In this document: piece by piece, positions 50,374 to 56,884 of the stretch
Numbering within the stretch: the stretch's first letter is position 1
How the letters are laid out: each line of letters opens with the position of its first letter
Source of the DNA: a virus
Lineage: Duplodnaviria > Caudoviricetes
Virus record (IMG/VR): IMGVR_UViG_3300029305_006521
Span: 1 to 64,000 of that record
Strand: one strand, 5' to 3'
DNA length: 64,000 nucleotides
Position numbers and translations under genes: made by a program
The notes under the pieces: model-generated
Told to the model about the DNA's origin: nothing
The model's input: the letters and a program-made list of their open reading frames with translations, nothing else
The model's database searches: none

Positions 50374-50766
50374 ATGCGAGTAACTAAGACTGTCAGGGAG
50401 TATATCGAAAAGAAGGTAGCCGAAAAGGTATATGTAAAGTATGAAGCTGAGAAGCTGGAAGCAAAGCTGCAGAATGAAGAAATTCATAATTTTGTCGAAG
50501 AACTTGAAGATACAATGAATGAATATGTTGACAAACATATCAAGATGTTTGTTGAAGAACATCCTTATGCCGAAAGAAGCGCACGAGAAAGACTGGTTTC
50601 TTTTTACAGTCCTATTAACATTATTGACCGTCATATGAATTCTTCTGTTCATAACTGGCAGAGTCGTGCCCGCGCAGAAATCAAGGAAAAAGTTGATGAT
50701 ATCATCGTCACTCTTGAACTTGGTGGTACTAAGGCAGATTTGGAGCGGATGATTTCTGAAATTTAA
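50374..50766 (+). CDS. Hypothetical protein
   Basis: 130-aa ORF, SD AAGGAG. Confidence 0.8.
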   Translation: MRVTKTVREYIEKKVAEKVYVKYEAEKLEAKLQNEEIHNFVEELEDTMNEYVDKHIKMFVEEHPYAERSARERLVSFYSPINIIDRHMNSSVHNWQSRARAEIKEKVDDIIVTLELGGTKADLERMISEI

Positions 50767-50843
50767 TTTCTGCAAAATGGTTGATATAGATGTTCCTTTC
50801 TTTGGAGAGAGTCGGGAGAAATCCCGATTTTCTTCTAAAATAA

Positions 50844-50911
50844 TTTAGATGTACTACATCTAAATTTGACATTCTTTTTTATTTGACAAAATTTCTAATT
50901 TGTGTTATACT
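50844..50911 (+). promoter_or_regulatory. Palindrome plus sigma-A promoter (gap 18)
   Basis: TTGACA 50883-17-TATACT 50906. Confidence 0.85.
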
Positions 50912-50943
50912 AATTACAGAAAAAAGGAAAGGAAATCCCGAAA

Positions 50944-51111
50944 ATGATTAACGAAATTAAAATACTATTTGCAGATGATTATATTAAAGTTGGCCGCAAG
51001 GTAATACGACCTTTCTCCTTCGCTTGGTGGTGTATTCAGCTAAGCAAGGTTTTGATTGGTGTCCTTTCTTTTTATTTCCTTTACTGTTCCTTGTGGATGC
51101 TGGCGGCATAA
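50944..51111 (+). CDS. 55-aa membrane protein (absent from ORF track)
   Basis: MINEIKILFADD...VLIGVLSFYFLYCSLWMLAA; own promoter, SD and a hairpin over the stop codon. Confidence 0.75.
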   Translation: MINEIKILFADDYIKVGRKVIRPFSFAWWCIQLSKVLIGVLSFYFLYCSLWMLAA

Positions 51112-51127
51112 GCTGCCAGCTCCAATA

Positions 51128-51185
51128 TTTAGATGTTCTACATCTAAATTCCTTTGTTGACAAAATAAGATTACTATGGTACAAT
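51128..51185 (+). promoter_or_regulatory. Palindrome plus sigma-A promoter (gap 8)
   Basis: TTGACA 51157-17-TACAAT 51180. Confidence 0.85.
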
Positions 51186-51216
51186 GTATATACAGTAAAG
51201 GAAAGGAAACAAAACA

Positions 51217-51459
51217 ATGAAGATTATTGATGTTATTAATTTTTACTATACTAACCATGAAGTTATTAAAGTCAAAGTAGAGGCTAATGAAGGTATTGAA
51301 GGGAGATATCATAAGCTCACAAAGCAGGAAGCATATGATTTTCTTGATGGTTTTTACGATGAAGAAGTTGTTGTAATTATTTTCGAAACTCATACTACAT
51401 TTTGTGGAAAAATTTCTCGTGAACTTGAGATTCCTCTTTTGTATATTCTTTACAAGTAA
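51217..51459 (+). CDS. Hypothetical protein
   Basis: 80-aa ORF with SD and terminator. Confidence 0.75.
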   Translation: MKIIDVINFYYTNHEVIKVKVEANEGIEGRYHKLTKQEAYDFLDGFYDEEVVVIIFETHTTFCGKISRELEIPLLYILYK

Positions 51460-51487
51460 TAATTTAGGGGATTATTCCCCTTTTAAT

Positions 51488-51545
51488 TTTAGATGTTCTA
51501 CATCTAAATTCTTCTATTGACTTTTAATATTTATTGTGATAGAAT
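51488..51545 (+). promoter_or_regulatory. Palindrome plus sigma-A promoter (gap 8)
   Basis: TTGACT 51517-17-TAGAAT 51540. Confidence 0.8.
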
Positions 51546-51574
51546 TATATTAACAAAAGAAAGGAAATAAAAAA

Positions 51575-52039
51575 ATGATTTCATTCATTGTATTTAATGT
51601 TATCAATGTTATTATTCAAACTATTAAATCTATCGTTACTATCAAATGTAATAAGTATGTTGCCGCAGTTGTCAATGCAGTTGCTTATGGTCTTTATACT
51701 TATATTGTAGTATTGACTGCAAGTGATTTGGATTTGTGGTTTAAGATTACAGTAACTGCCGCCGCGAATCTTGTTGGTGTGTTTGTAGTCAAATGGGTAG
51801 AAGAAAAGAAGCGCAAGGATAAACTTTGGAAAGTAGAAGCAACAGTTTATGATGTTTATACTGAAAGTTTGCATAATGATTTGAAGAAAGCCGAAATTCC
51901 CCATAATTATATTACAGATATCGGAAAGTATTCTATTTTTAACATCTATTGTGAAACTCAAAAAGATAGCGCAAAAGCAAAACAAATTCTTGATTATAAT
52001 AAAGCAAAATATTTTGTTAGTGAGACTAAAATTTTGTAA
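51575..52039 (+). CDS. Membrane protein, DUF5698/DUF2179-like
   Basis: Three N-terminal TM helices (NVIIQTIKSI...K..K..AA...NLVGV) plus a soluble C-terminal domain. Confidence 0.6.
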   Translation: MISFIVFNVINVIIQTIKSIVTIKCNKYVAAVVNAVAYGLYTYIVVLTASDLDLWFKITVTAAANLVGVFVVKWVEEKKRKDKLWKVEATVYDVYTESLHNDLKKAEIPHNYITDIGKYSIFNIYCETQKDSAKAKQILDYNKAKYFVSETKIL

Positions 52040-52049
52040 GAGGTAAAAT

Positions 52050-52154
52050 ATGAAAGGAATTTTTATAGAAATAATTTTAAGAATATTATACGTATTAACT
52101 ATATTTTTGTGTTGGGGATTGGTTGTTATTGGTATTTTAACACTTTTCGTATAA
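52050..52154 (+). CDS. 34-aa single-TM peptide (absent from ORF track)
   Basis: MKGIFIEIILRILYVLTIFLCWGLVVIGILTLFV; SD GAGGT; followed by a terminator. Confidence 0.6.
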   Translation: MKGIFIEIILRILYVLTIFLCWGLVVIGILTLFV

Positions 52155-52188
52155 GGCGGGCAACCGTCTTTTTTTTTGTAGAAAATTA

Positions 52189-52246
52189 TTTAGATGTTCT
52201 ACATCTAAATTCTCCAGTTGACAAAATTAAAATAAAATGTTATACT
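52189..52246 (+). promoter_or_regulatory. Palindrome plus sigma-A promoter (gap 8)
   Basis: TTGACA 52218-17-TATACT 52241. Confidence 0.85.
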
Positions 52247-52279
52247 AAATACAACAAAAAGGAAAGGAAATTAAAAAAA

Positions 52280-52651
52280 ATGAAGGCAACTGGTATTGTA
52301 AGGCGTATTGATGATTTGGGTCGTGTGGTTATCCCTAAGGAAATTCGGAGAATGATGAATATCAAAGAAGGTGAAGCTCTGGAAATTTTTACCGAAGATA
52401 AAAAGGTAATTTTTCAGAAATATTTTACTCCCGAAGAAAATATTTCCGAAGCAAGTGCGGAATGGGTGAGGTCTCATGCAAAGGAAATCAAGTTTGTTAA
52501 TTCTGTTGAAGGTGTAACAACTTGCGGTTTTAACAGTGGTTCAATTCGTATGGCGTGCGTCAAGCATAATCCTTCCGATAAATTTGATTTGAATGTTGCA
52601 ATTTGTTACTGTGCAAAGAAAGCAGGTTATTATGTAGAGCATTTGAATTGA
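52280..52651 (+). CDS. AbrB/SpoVT-family DNA-binding protein
   Basis: MKATGIVRRIDDLGRVVIPKEIRR matches the SpoVT N-terminus as I recall it; C-terminus too short for the GAF domain. Confidence 0.88.
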   Translation: MKATGIVRRIDDLGRVVIPKEIRRMMNIKEGEALEIFTEDKKVIFQKYFTPEENISEASAEWVRSHAKEIKFVNSVEGVTTCGFNSGSIRMACVKHNPSDKFDLNVAICYCAKKAGYYVEHLN

Positions 52652-52680
52652 TAAAAGGGGATTTTCCCCTTTTTTTATTT

Positions 52681-52748
52681 TTTAGATGTTCTACATCTAA
52701 ATTTATTTTTCAAAATCCGTTGACTTTTTCCCTATTATTTGGTATACT
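52681..52748 (+). promoter_or_regulatory. Palindrome plus sigma-A promoter (gap 18)
   Basis: TTGACT 52720-17-TATACT 52743. Confidence 0.85.
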
Positions 52749-52818
52749 TAATACAACGAAAGGGGAACAAACCCCAAATAAGGGTAGCGACCTAACCGCT
52801 AAATGAAAGGAAACTAAA

Positions 52819-53190
52819 ATGGAAAACACTGCTAACAAGATGACCGCCCGCAACTTCTACAACGCAATCGCCGCCGGCACTATCAACAGTGAGCTGATGG
52901 AGTACGCCGCCGAAGCTCTCCGTAAGATGGATGAAGCCAATGAAAAGCGCAAGACGAAGATTTCTCCCTCTCAGCTCGAGAATGAGAAGCTCAAGAATGA
53001 AATCGCAGAAAAGATGGTTGGCATGGGTTATACTACTGCCGCGACCATTGCAGAAATGATGGGTATTTCTCCCAACAAGGCAAGCGCACTTTGCCGCATG
53101 ATGGCGGATGAAAAGGATGGTCGTTTCGTAGTCACGGAAGTGAAGAACGAAAAAAAGAACAAGGTTAAGGCGTACAAACTTGCAGACTAA
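52819..53190 (+). CDS. Winged-helix DNA-binding protein (paralogue of 56885-57226)
   Basis: TAATIAEMMGISPNKASALCR HTH followed by a beta-wing ending KAYKLA. Confidence 0.7.
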   Translation: MENTANKMTARNFYNAIAAGTINSELMEYAAEALRKMDEANEKRKTKISPSQLENEKLKNEIAEKMVGMGYTTAATIAEMMGISPNKASALCRMMADEKDGRFVVTEVKNEKKNKVKAYKLAD

Positions 53191-53232
53191 TAAAAGTGGG
53201 GACGGAAGTCCCCATTTTTTTTAACGAAAAAA

Positions 53233-53300
53233 TTTAGATGTTCAACATCTAAAAAATAAATAATTTGACTATTGCAATTTATTCCCCGTTGTGGTATACT
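53233..53300 (+). promoter_or_regulatory. Palindrome plus sigma-A promoter (gap 18)
   Basis: TTGCAA 53272-17-TATACT 53295. Confidence 0.8.
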
Positions 53301-53332
53301 TTAAGTACAGTAAAGGAAAGGAATACCAAACC

Positions 53333-53995
53333 ATGATTGATAAGCGTAAGACCTATTATCTCACCATTGACACCGAAACCGCAAATAATCTTGACAATCC
53401 TTTTGTCTTTGATATTGGCGGAGCTGTGCATGATAAGCATGGAAATGTGGAAGAAACTTTTTCTTTCATTGTCCGTGAAGTTTTTATCGAAATGCCCGAC
53501 CTGATGAAAGAATGTTTTTATCAGTCTAAGCTACCTGCATATCGTGAACAAATCCGGCAGGGCGAACGCATTGTAAAAAATTATTATGAAATCCGCAAGC
53601 ACATCAACAACTTGTGTGAAAAGTATAATATCAAGGCAATTATTGCCCATAATATGCGCTTTGATTATCGTTCCACCACTACCACTCAGCGCTATATTAC
53701 TTACTCAAAGTATCGTTATTTTTTCCCTTGTGATGTTGAATTGTGGGATACTTTGAAAATGGCGCAAGATACAATTTGCAAGCAAAAAACTTATATCCGT
53801 TTTTGTGAAGAAAATGGATATACCAAAAAGAACGGAAGTCCCAGGGCAACCGCCGAAATTCTTTACCGTTATATCAGCGGAAATAATGATTTTGTTGAAA
53901 GTCATACAGGTTTGGAAGATGTTTTGATAGAGAAAGAAATTTTTGCCAAGTGTATGGCACAACATAAAAAAATGAGAAAAAACGTTTGGGAGTAA
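53333..53995 (+). CDS. DEDDh 3'-5' exonuclease
   Basis: IDTET (ExoI), AHNMRFD (ExoII), HTGLED (ExoIII). Confidence 0.85.
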   Translation: MIDKRKTYYLTIDTETANNLDNPFVFDIGGAVHDKHGNVEETFSFIVREVFIEMPDLMKECFYQSKLPAYREQIRQGERIVKNYYEIRKHINNLCEKYNIKAIIAHNMRFDYRSTTTTQRYITYSKYRYFFPCDVELWDTLKMAQDTICKQKTYIRFCEENGYTKKNGSPRATAEILYRYISGNNDFVESHTGLEDVLIEKEIFAKCMAQHKKMRKNVWE

Positions 53996-54019
53996 TCCCA
54001 AACTTTTTTTCAAAGACAA

Positions 54020-54097
54020 TTTAGATGTTCTACATCTAAAAAGTCTTTTAGAAAATTATAAAAAGGGGTTGCAATCTATCATTTATTGTGGTATACT
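54020..54097 (+). promoter_or_regulatory. Palindrome plus sigma-A promoter (gap 28)
   Basis: TTGCAA 54069-17-TATACT 54092. Confidence 0.8.
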
Positions 54098-54129
54098 TAA
54101 TACATCAAAAGGAAAGGAAAATAAACCAA

Positions 54130-54459
54130 ATGAAAAACACCACTGCTAATGTAATCCGTGAACGCTATCTGTCCGCAATCATGTCCTATTTCACCGATGA
54201 AGATATCGGGCGTATTACCTCTAACAGCTTTAACTTCCCCATTGTAGAGGGTGATGAAGAGGGCTGGGTTGAAATCGTGGTGAAAATTCCCAAAGAATCT
54301 GGGGATGAGGGCTACGACAAGAGGGAAGAATATCGCCTGAAACTTGAAGAAAAGGCACAGAAAGCGGAAGAACGGCAGAAAGCCAAGGAAAAGAAAATCG
54401 AGCGGGATAAGAAATTGAGAGAAGAAAAGAAAAAGAAAAAGGAAGAACAGAGCGAATAA
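54130..54459 (+). CDS. Hypothetical protein with highly charged K/E C-terminal helix
   Basis: ATG 54130 after AAGGAAAGG. Confidence 0.75.
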   Translation: MKNTTANVIRERYLSAIMSYFTDEDIGRITSNSFNFPIVEGDEEGWVEIVVKIPKESGDEGYDKREEYRLKLEEKAQKAEERQKAKEKKIERDKKLREEKKKKKEEQSE

Positions 54460-54501
54460 AAAAGAATGGGGAGCAATCCCCATTTTTTTTTGAAAAGACT
54501 T

Positions 54502-54558
54502 TTTAGATGTTCTACATCTAAATTTGTTGTTGACAATTGGCGGCCGACAGTGTATAAT
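54502..54558 (+). promoter_or_regulatory. Palindrome plus sigma-A promoter (gap 7)
   Basis: TTGACA 54530-17-TATAAT 54553. Confidence 0.85.
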
Positions 54559-54581
54559 AGAACTATCGAAAGGAGATAAAA

Positions 54582-54893
54582 ATGGAAAAGAAAGATTTTG
54601 TTTACTTTATACGAATAGGCGAACCCGAAGAAAATCTATATAAGATTGGAACGACCAACAATATGGATAGGCGGATGAAAGAACATCAGCGATATTATAA
54701 AAAAGAAATTACTGTTCTTTGGCAGTCGCCGCCCTATTCAAAATGGACTACATTGCGCGTAGAAGAGAACACCAAAGAAATTTGGAAAAAAACTGAAGGT
54801 TTTGAATATTTGAGGAATGACAGATTTATAATTAATCCCGAAATTAGACAGGTGAAAATTAAGGTTAGAAAAGAATGGGTGATAGACTTTTAA
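54582..54893 (+). CDS. GIY-YIG superfamily (T5orf172-like) nuclease
   Basis: FVYFI...YKIGTT.N..RR..E motif. Confidence 0.75.
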   Translation: MEKKDFVYFIRIGEPEENLYKIGTTNNMDRRMKEHQRYYKKEITVLWQSPPYSKWTTLRVEENTKEIWKKTEGFEYLRNDRFIINPEIRQVKIKVRKEWVIDF

Positions 54894-54918
54894 GGTCTAT
54901 CACTTTTTTTTGAAACAA

Positions 54919-54975
54919 TTTAGATGTTCTACATCTAAATTTATTGTTGACAAACTGCCGCCAATGATGTAAAAT
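54919..54975 (+). promoter_or_regulatory. Palindrome plus sigma-A promoter (gap 7)
   Basis: TTGACA 54947-17-TAAAAT 54970. Confidence 0.85.
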
Positions 54976-55007
54976 GGTATTAAAGAAAAGGAAAGGAAAT
55001 AAAGAAA

Positions 55008-55268
55008 ATGAATGAAATTAAAATGCTTTGGTTGATGTTCATAAGTCTGTGCCACGACACTGGACAGCACATTATTTTTGATGTGCGGATGTGGTGGGAA
55101 TCTCGATTCAACCATAAGAATTTTGGCTATTCTCACACTTTTGGCAAAAATGGTTATTTCATTAATTGCAATAATTGGTTTGTTCCTTGTGATAAGTCTT
55201 TCTCTTATGGTTGCGTAGATACAATGGTTGAATGGCGAAATGGAAACCCTTATTTTGTAAAAAGTTAA
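55008..55268 (+). CDS. Hypothetical aromatic-rich protein
   Basis: 86-aa ORF with SD. Confidence 0.7.
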   Translation: MNEIKMLWLMFISLCHDTGQHIIFDVRMWWESRFNHKNFGYSHTFGKNGYFINCNNWFVPCDKSFSYGCVDTMVEWRNGNPYFVKS

Positions 55269-55290
55269 AAAGGAAAGAGAGGTAAATAAA

Positions 55291-55566
55291 ATGTTCTATC
55301 CCTTCACCGCCCCTATGGCATGTGTCGCTTCCAAAACTTCTGTTGATGAAACCAAATTCGAGACCGAAATCCTTATTAAGGCTTATGCGGAAATTGCTCA
55401 TGTGTGGATTAATCGTGCCGCAAAAAAGGGTTGCTTCAGGACTACTATTTATGTCCCTTACGAAGCCCGCAGGCTTCTCGATGATTTGAAAGAATCTGGT
55501 TTTGAAGTCAAGCATCTTGAGAAAAATTATTATGGTGTTCATTGGGGTGATGGTGCTATTCTCTAA
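55291..55566 (+). CDS. Hypothetical protein (paralogue of 49943-50221)
   Basis: AAKKG...LKESGFEV....VHW. Confidence 0.75.
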   Translation: MFYPFTAPMACVASKTSVDETKFETEILIKAYAEIAHVWINRAAKKGCFRTTIYVPYEARRLLDDLKESGFEVKHLEKNYYGVHWGDGAIL

Positions 55567-55612
55567 ATAATGAAGTATCCCATTGGGATACTTCTTTTTT
55601 TTGAAAAAGTTT

Positions 55613-55669
55613 TTTAGATGTTCTACATCTAAAGAATCATTTGACATTTGCGGCGGTATGTGGTATTAT
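55613..55669 (+). promoter_or_regulatory. Palindrome plus sigma-A promoter (gap 7)
   Basis: TTGACA 55641-17-TATTAT 55664 with TG. Confidence 0.8.
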
Positions 55670-55698
55670 ATACTTACAGAAAGGAAGGAGATAAAAAA

Positions 55699-55860
55699 AT
55701 GAAAGAATACAGGATTTATTTCACCAAGTATTATACCTATTATGTAGAAGCAGAAACCGAAGATGAAGCAATCGAAATTGCGGAAGATGATTTTGAAGCA
55801 GATATGCGTTGTCCCATTGCAGATACAACTTATGACGAAGTAGAGGTAGAAGAAGTATGA
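55699..55860 (+). CDS. Small acidic protein (VEAE.EDEA motif)
   Basis: ATG 55699 after AAGGAG. Confidence 0.7.
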   Translation: MKEYRIYFTKYYTYYVEAETEDEAIEIAEDDFEADMRCPIADTTYDEVEVEEV

Positions 55861-55988
55861 GTTACTGTGAACAGAGCAATTGCGGTTACTACTGGAAAGA
55901 AGAGGGAGAAGACTTCCCTTGTTGCCATTTTGAAGGATGGATTGCACCATGTGAATATGAGGATGATTATGAGGAGGAAGAGGAATGA
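55857..55988 (+). CDS. 43-aa Cys-rich acidic protein (absent from ORF track)
   Basis: MSYCEQSNCGYYWKEEGEDFPCCHF...EEEEE; ATGA overlaps at both ends. Confidence 0.65.
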   Translation: MSYCEQSNCGYYWKEEGEDFPCCHFEGWIAPCEYEDDYEEEEE

Positions 55989-56173
55989 AAATTGCCGAAT
56001 GTCCTTATTGTAAAGAAGAACTTGAAATTGATGAAAGTTATGATATCGATGTTGAAGATATCGATATGGTAATAAATAGAGTAGCAGGACATTGCCCCAA
56101 TTGCAATAAAGAATTTCAATGGGAAGAAATTTATAAATACAGTCATTTTTCTAATTTGGAGGAAATTTGTTAA
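55985..56173 (+). CDS. Zn-ribbon protein
   Basis: CPYC...CPNC. Confidence 0.7.
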   Translation: MKIAECPYCKEELEIDESYDIDVEDIDMVINRVAGHCPNCNKEFQWEEIYKYSHFSNLEEIC

Positions 56174-56355
56174 TGAGATTTATACAAAGTGAAAAAATTG
56201 TTTTGTCTCAGAGTGAAAATAACACTTTCTATGATTTCTTTAATCTCATTACAGGACTTGCAAGAGGTACACGAAATCCTAATACTGAAAGAGCAATTCT
56301 AAAAATTCAGGAACTTGTTAGTGATTTGTGGGAAGGATTGGAAGTAGAAGAATAA
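56173..56355 (+). CDS. Hypothetical protein
   Basis: TAATG coupling, SD GGAGG. Confidence 0.65.
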   Translation: MRFIQSEKIVLSQSENNTFYDFFNLITGLARGTRNPNTERAILKIQELVSDLWEGLEVEE

Positions 56356-56611
56356 AAATTTGGGTCTTAACAGACCCTATTTTTTTACAAAAAAAATTTA
56401 GATGTGTCACATCTAAGTCAAATTTTTTCTTTTTCAAATTTTCTCCACCGGTGGCGTCGCGTCAAATTTTTTCTTTTGTCAAATTTTCAAATGAGCTGCA
56501 AATGAGCTGCGATGTCAAATTTCAGCTGCTAAGCTGCGAATCGCGGCGGTTGTCAAATTTTGTGTGGTTGAGCTGTGAATTGAGCTGTAAAAACTTGACA
56601 GCAGCTGCGAT

Positions 56612-56751
56612 TTGAAAAAACTGCAATTTTTTATTATAATATATATAGAAAGTGAGAGAAAAATAATAAAAAGGAGACACCCCTTTCACAGTGTTCTTTA
56701 CTCACTTTCTGCACGGGATCTTTTGCAAATGAGTTGCGGGTTCGCCCGCAA
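56612..56751 (+). ncRNA. Candidate small non-coding RNA with its own promoter
   Basis: TTGAAA-17-TATAAT; AGAAAGTGAG (56647) pairs with CTCACTTTCT (56701); ends in GCGGG-UUCG-CCCGC; no SD-linked ORF. Confidence 0.5.
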
Positions 56752-56771
56752 AATGTTAATAAAGCGAAAAT

Positions 56772-56800
56772 TTGAAAAACATTCAAAAATGCGCTATAAT
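56772..56800 (+). promoter_or_regulatory. Sigma-A promoter of the second wHTH gene
   Basis: TTGAAA-17-TATAAT followed by ATAGAAAGTGAGA. Confidence 0.75.
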
Positions 56801-56884
56801 ATTTATAGAAAGTGAGAGAGAGATAGTAACTCTCTCCGCAAATAAAAAACTGGGTGGCGACCGACGCTGAAAGGATAATAAACT

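Larger units (their letters stand above)
49278..56417. repeat. 14 dispersed copies of the 21-bp palindrome TTTAGATGT-N3-ACATCTAAA
   Basis: Starts at 49278, 49852, 50239, 50844, 51128, 51488, 52189, 52681, 53233, 54020, 54502, 54919, 55613, 56397; all intergenic, each after a terminator-like hairpin. Confidence 0.95.

Noticed and set aside
49278-55633. N4-type hairpin promoters for a virion RNA polymerase
   Set aside because: Loop sequence varies, stems are AT-rich, each site has a host sigma-A promoter, and no vRNAP gene is seen
48231-55950. Minus-strand ORFs over the array (e.g. 49248-49976, 48231-48761, 55162-55647) and ORF-track starts containing LDVLHLN-like peptides
   Set aside because: Shadow frames or upstream extensions running through palindromes and promoters; no SD; the recurring peptide is just the translated palindrome
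49278-56417. Palindrome series as a CRISPR array
   Set aside because: Intervals are 280-790 bp and contain promoters and genes; repeats are only 21 bp; no cas genes in the window
49278-56417. Palindromes as classical integron attC sites or as terminators
   Set aside because: Too short, no R/L box structure, no integrase in the window, and cassettes have their own promoters; separate GC-rich terminators with U-tracts already precede them
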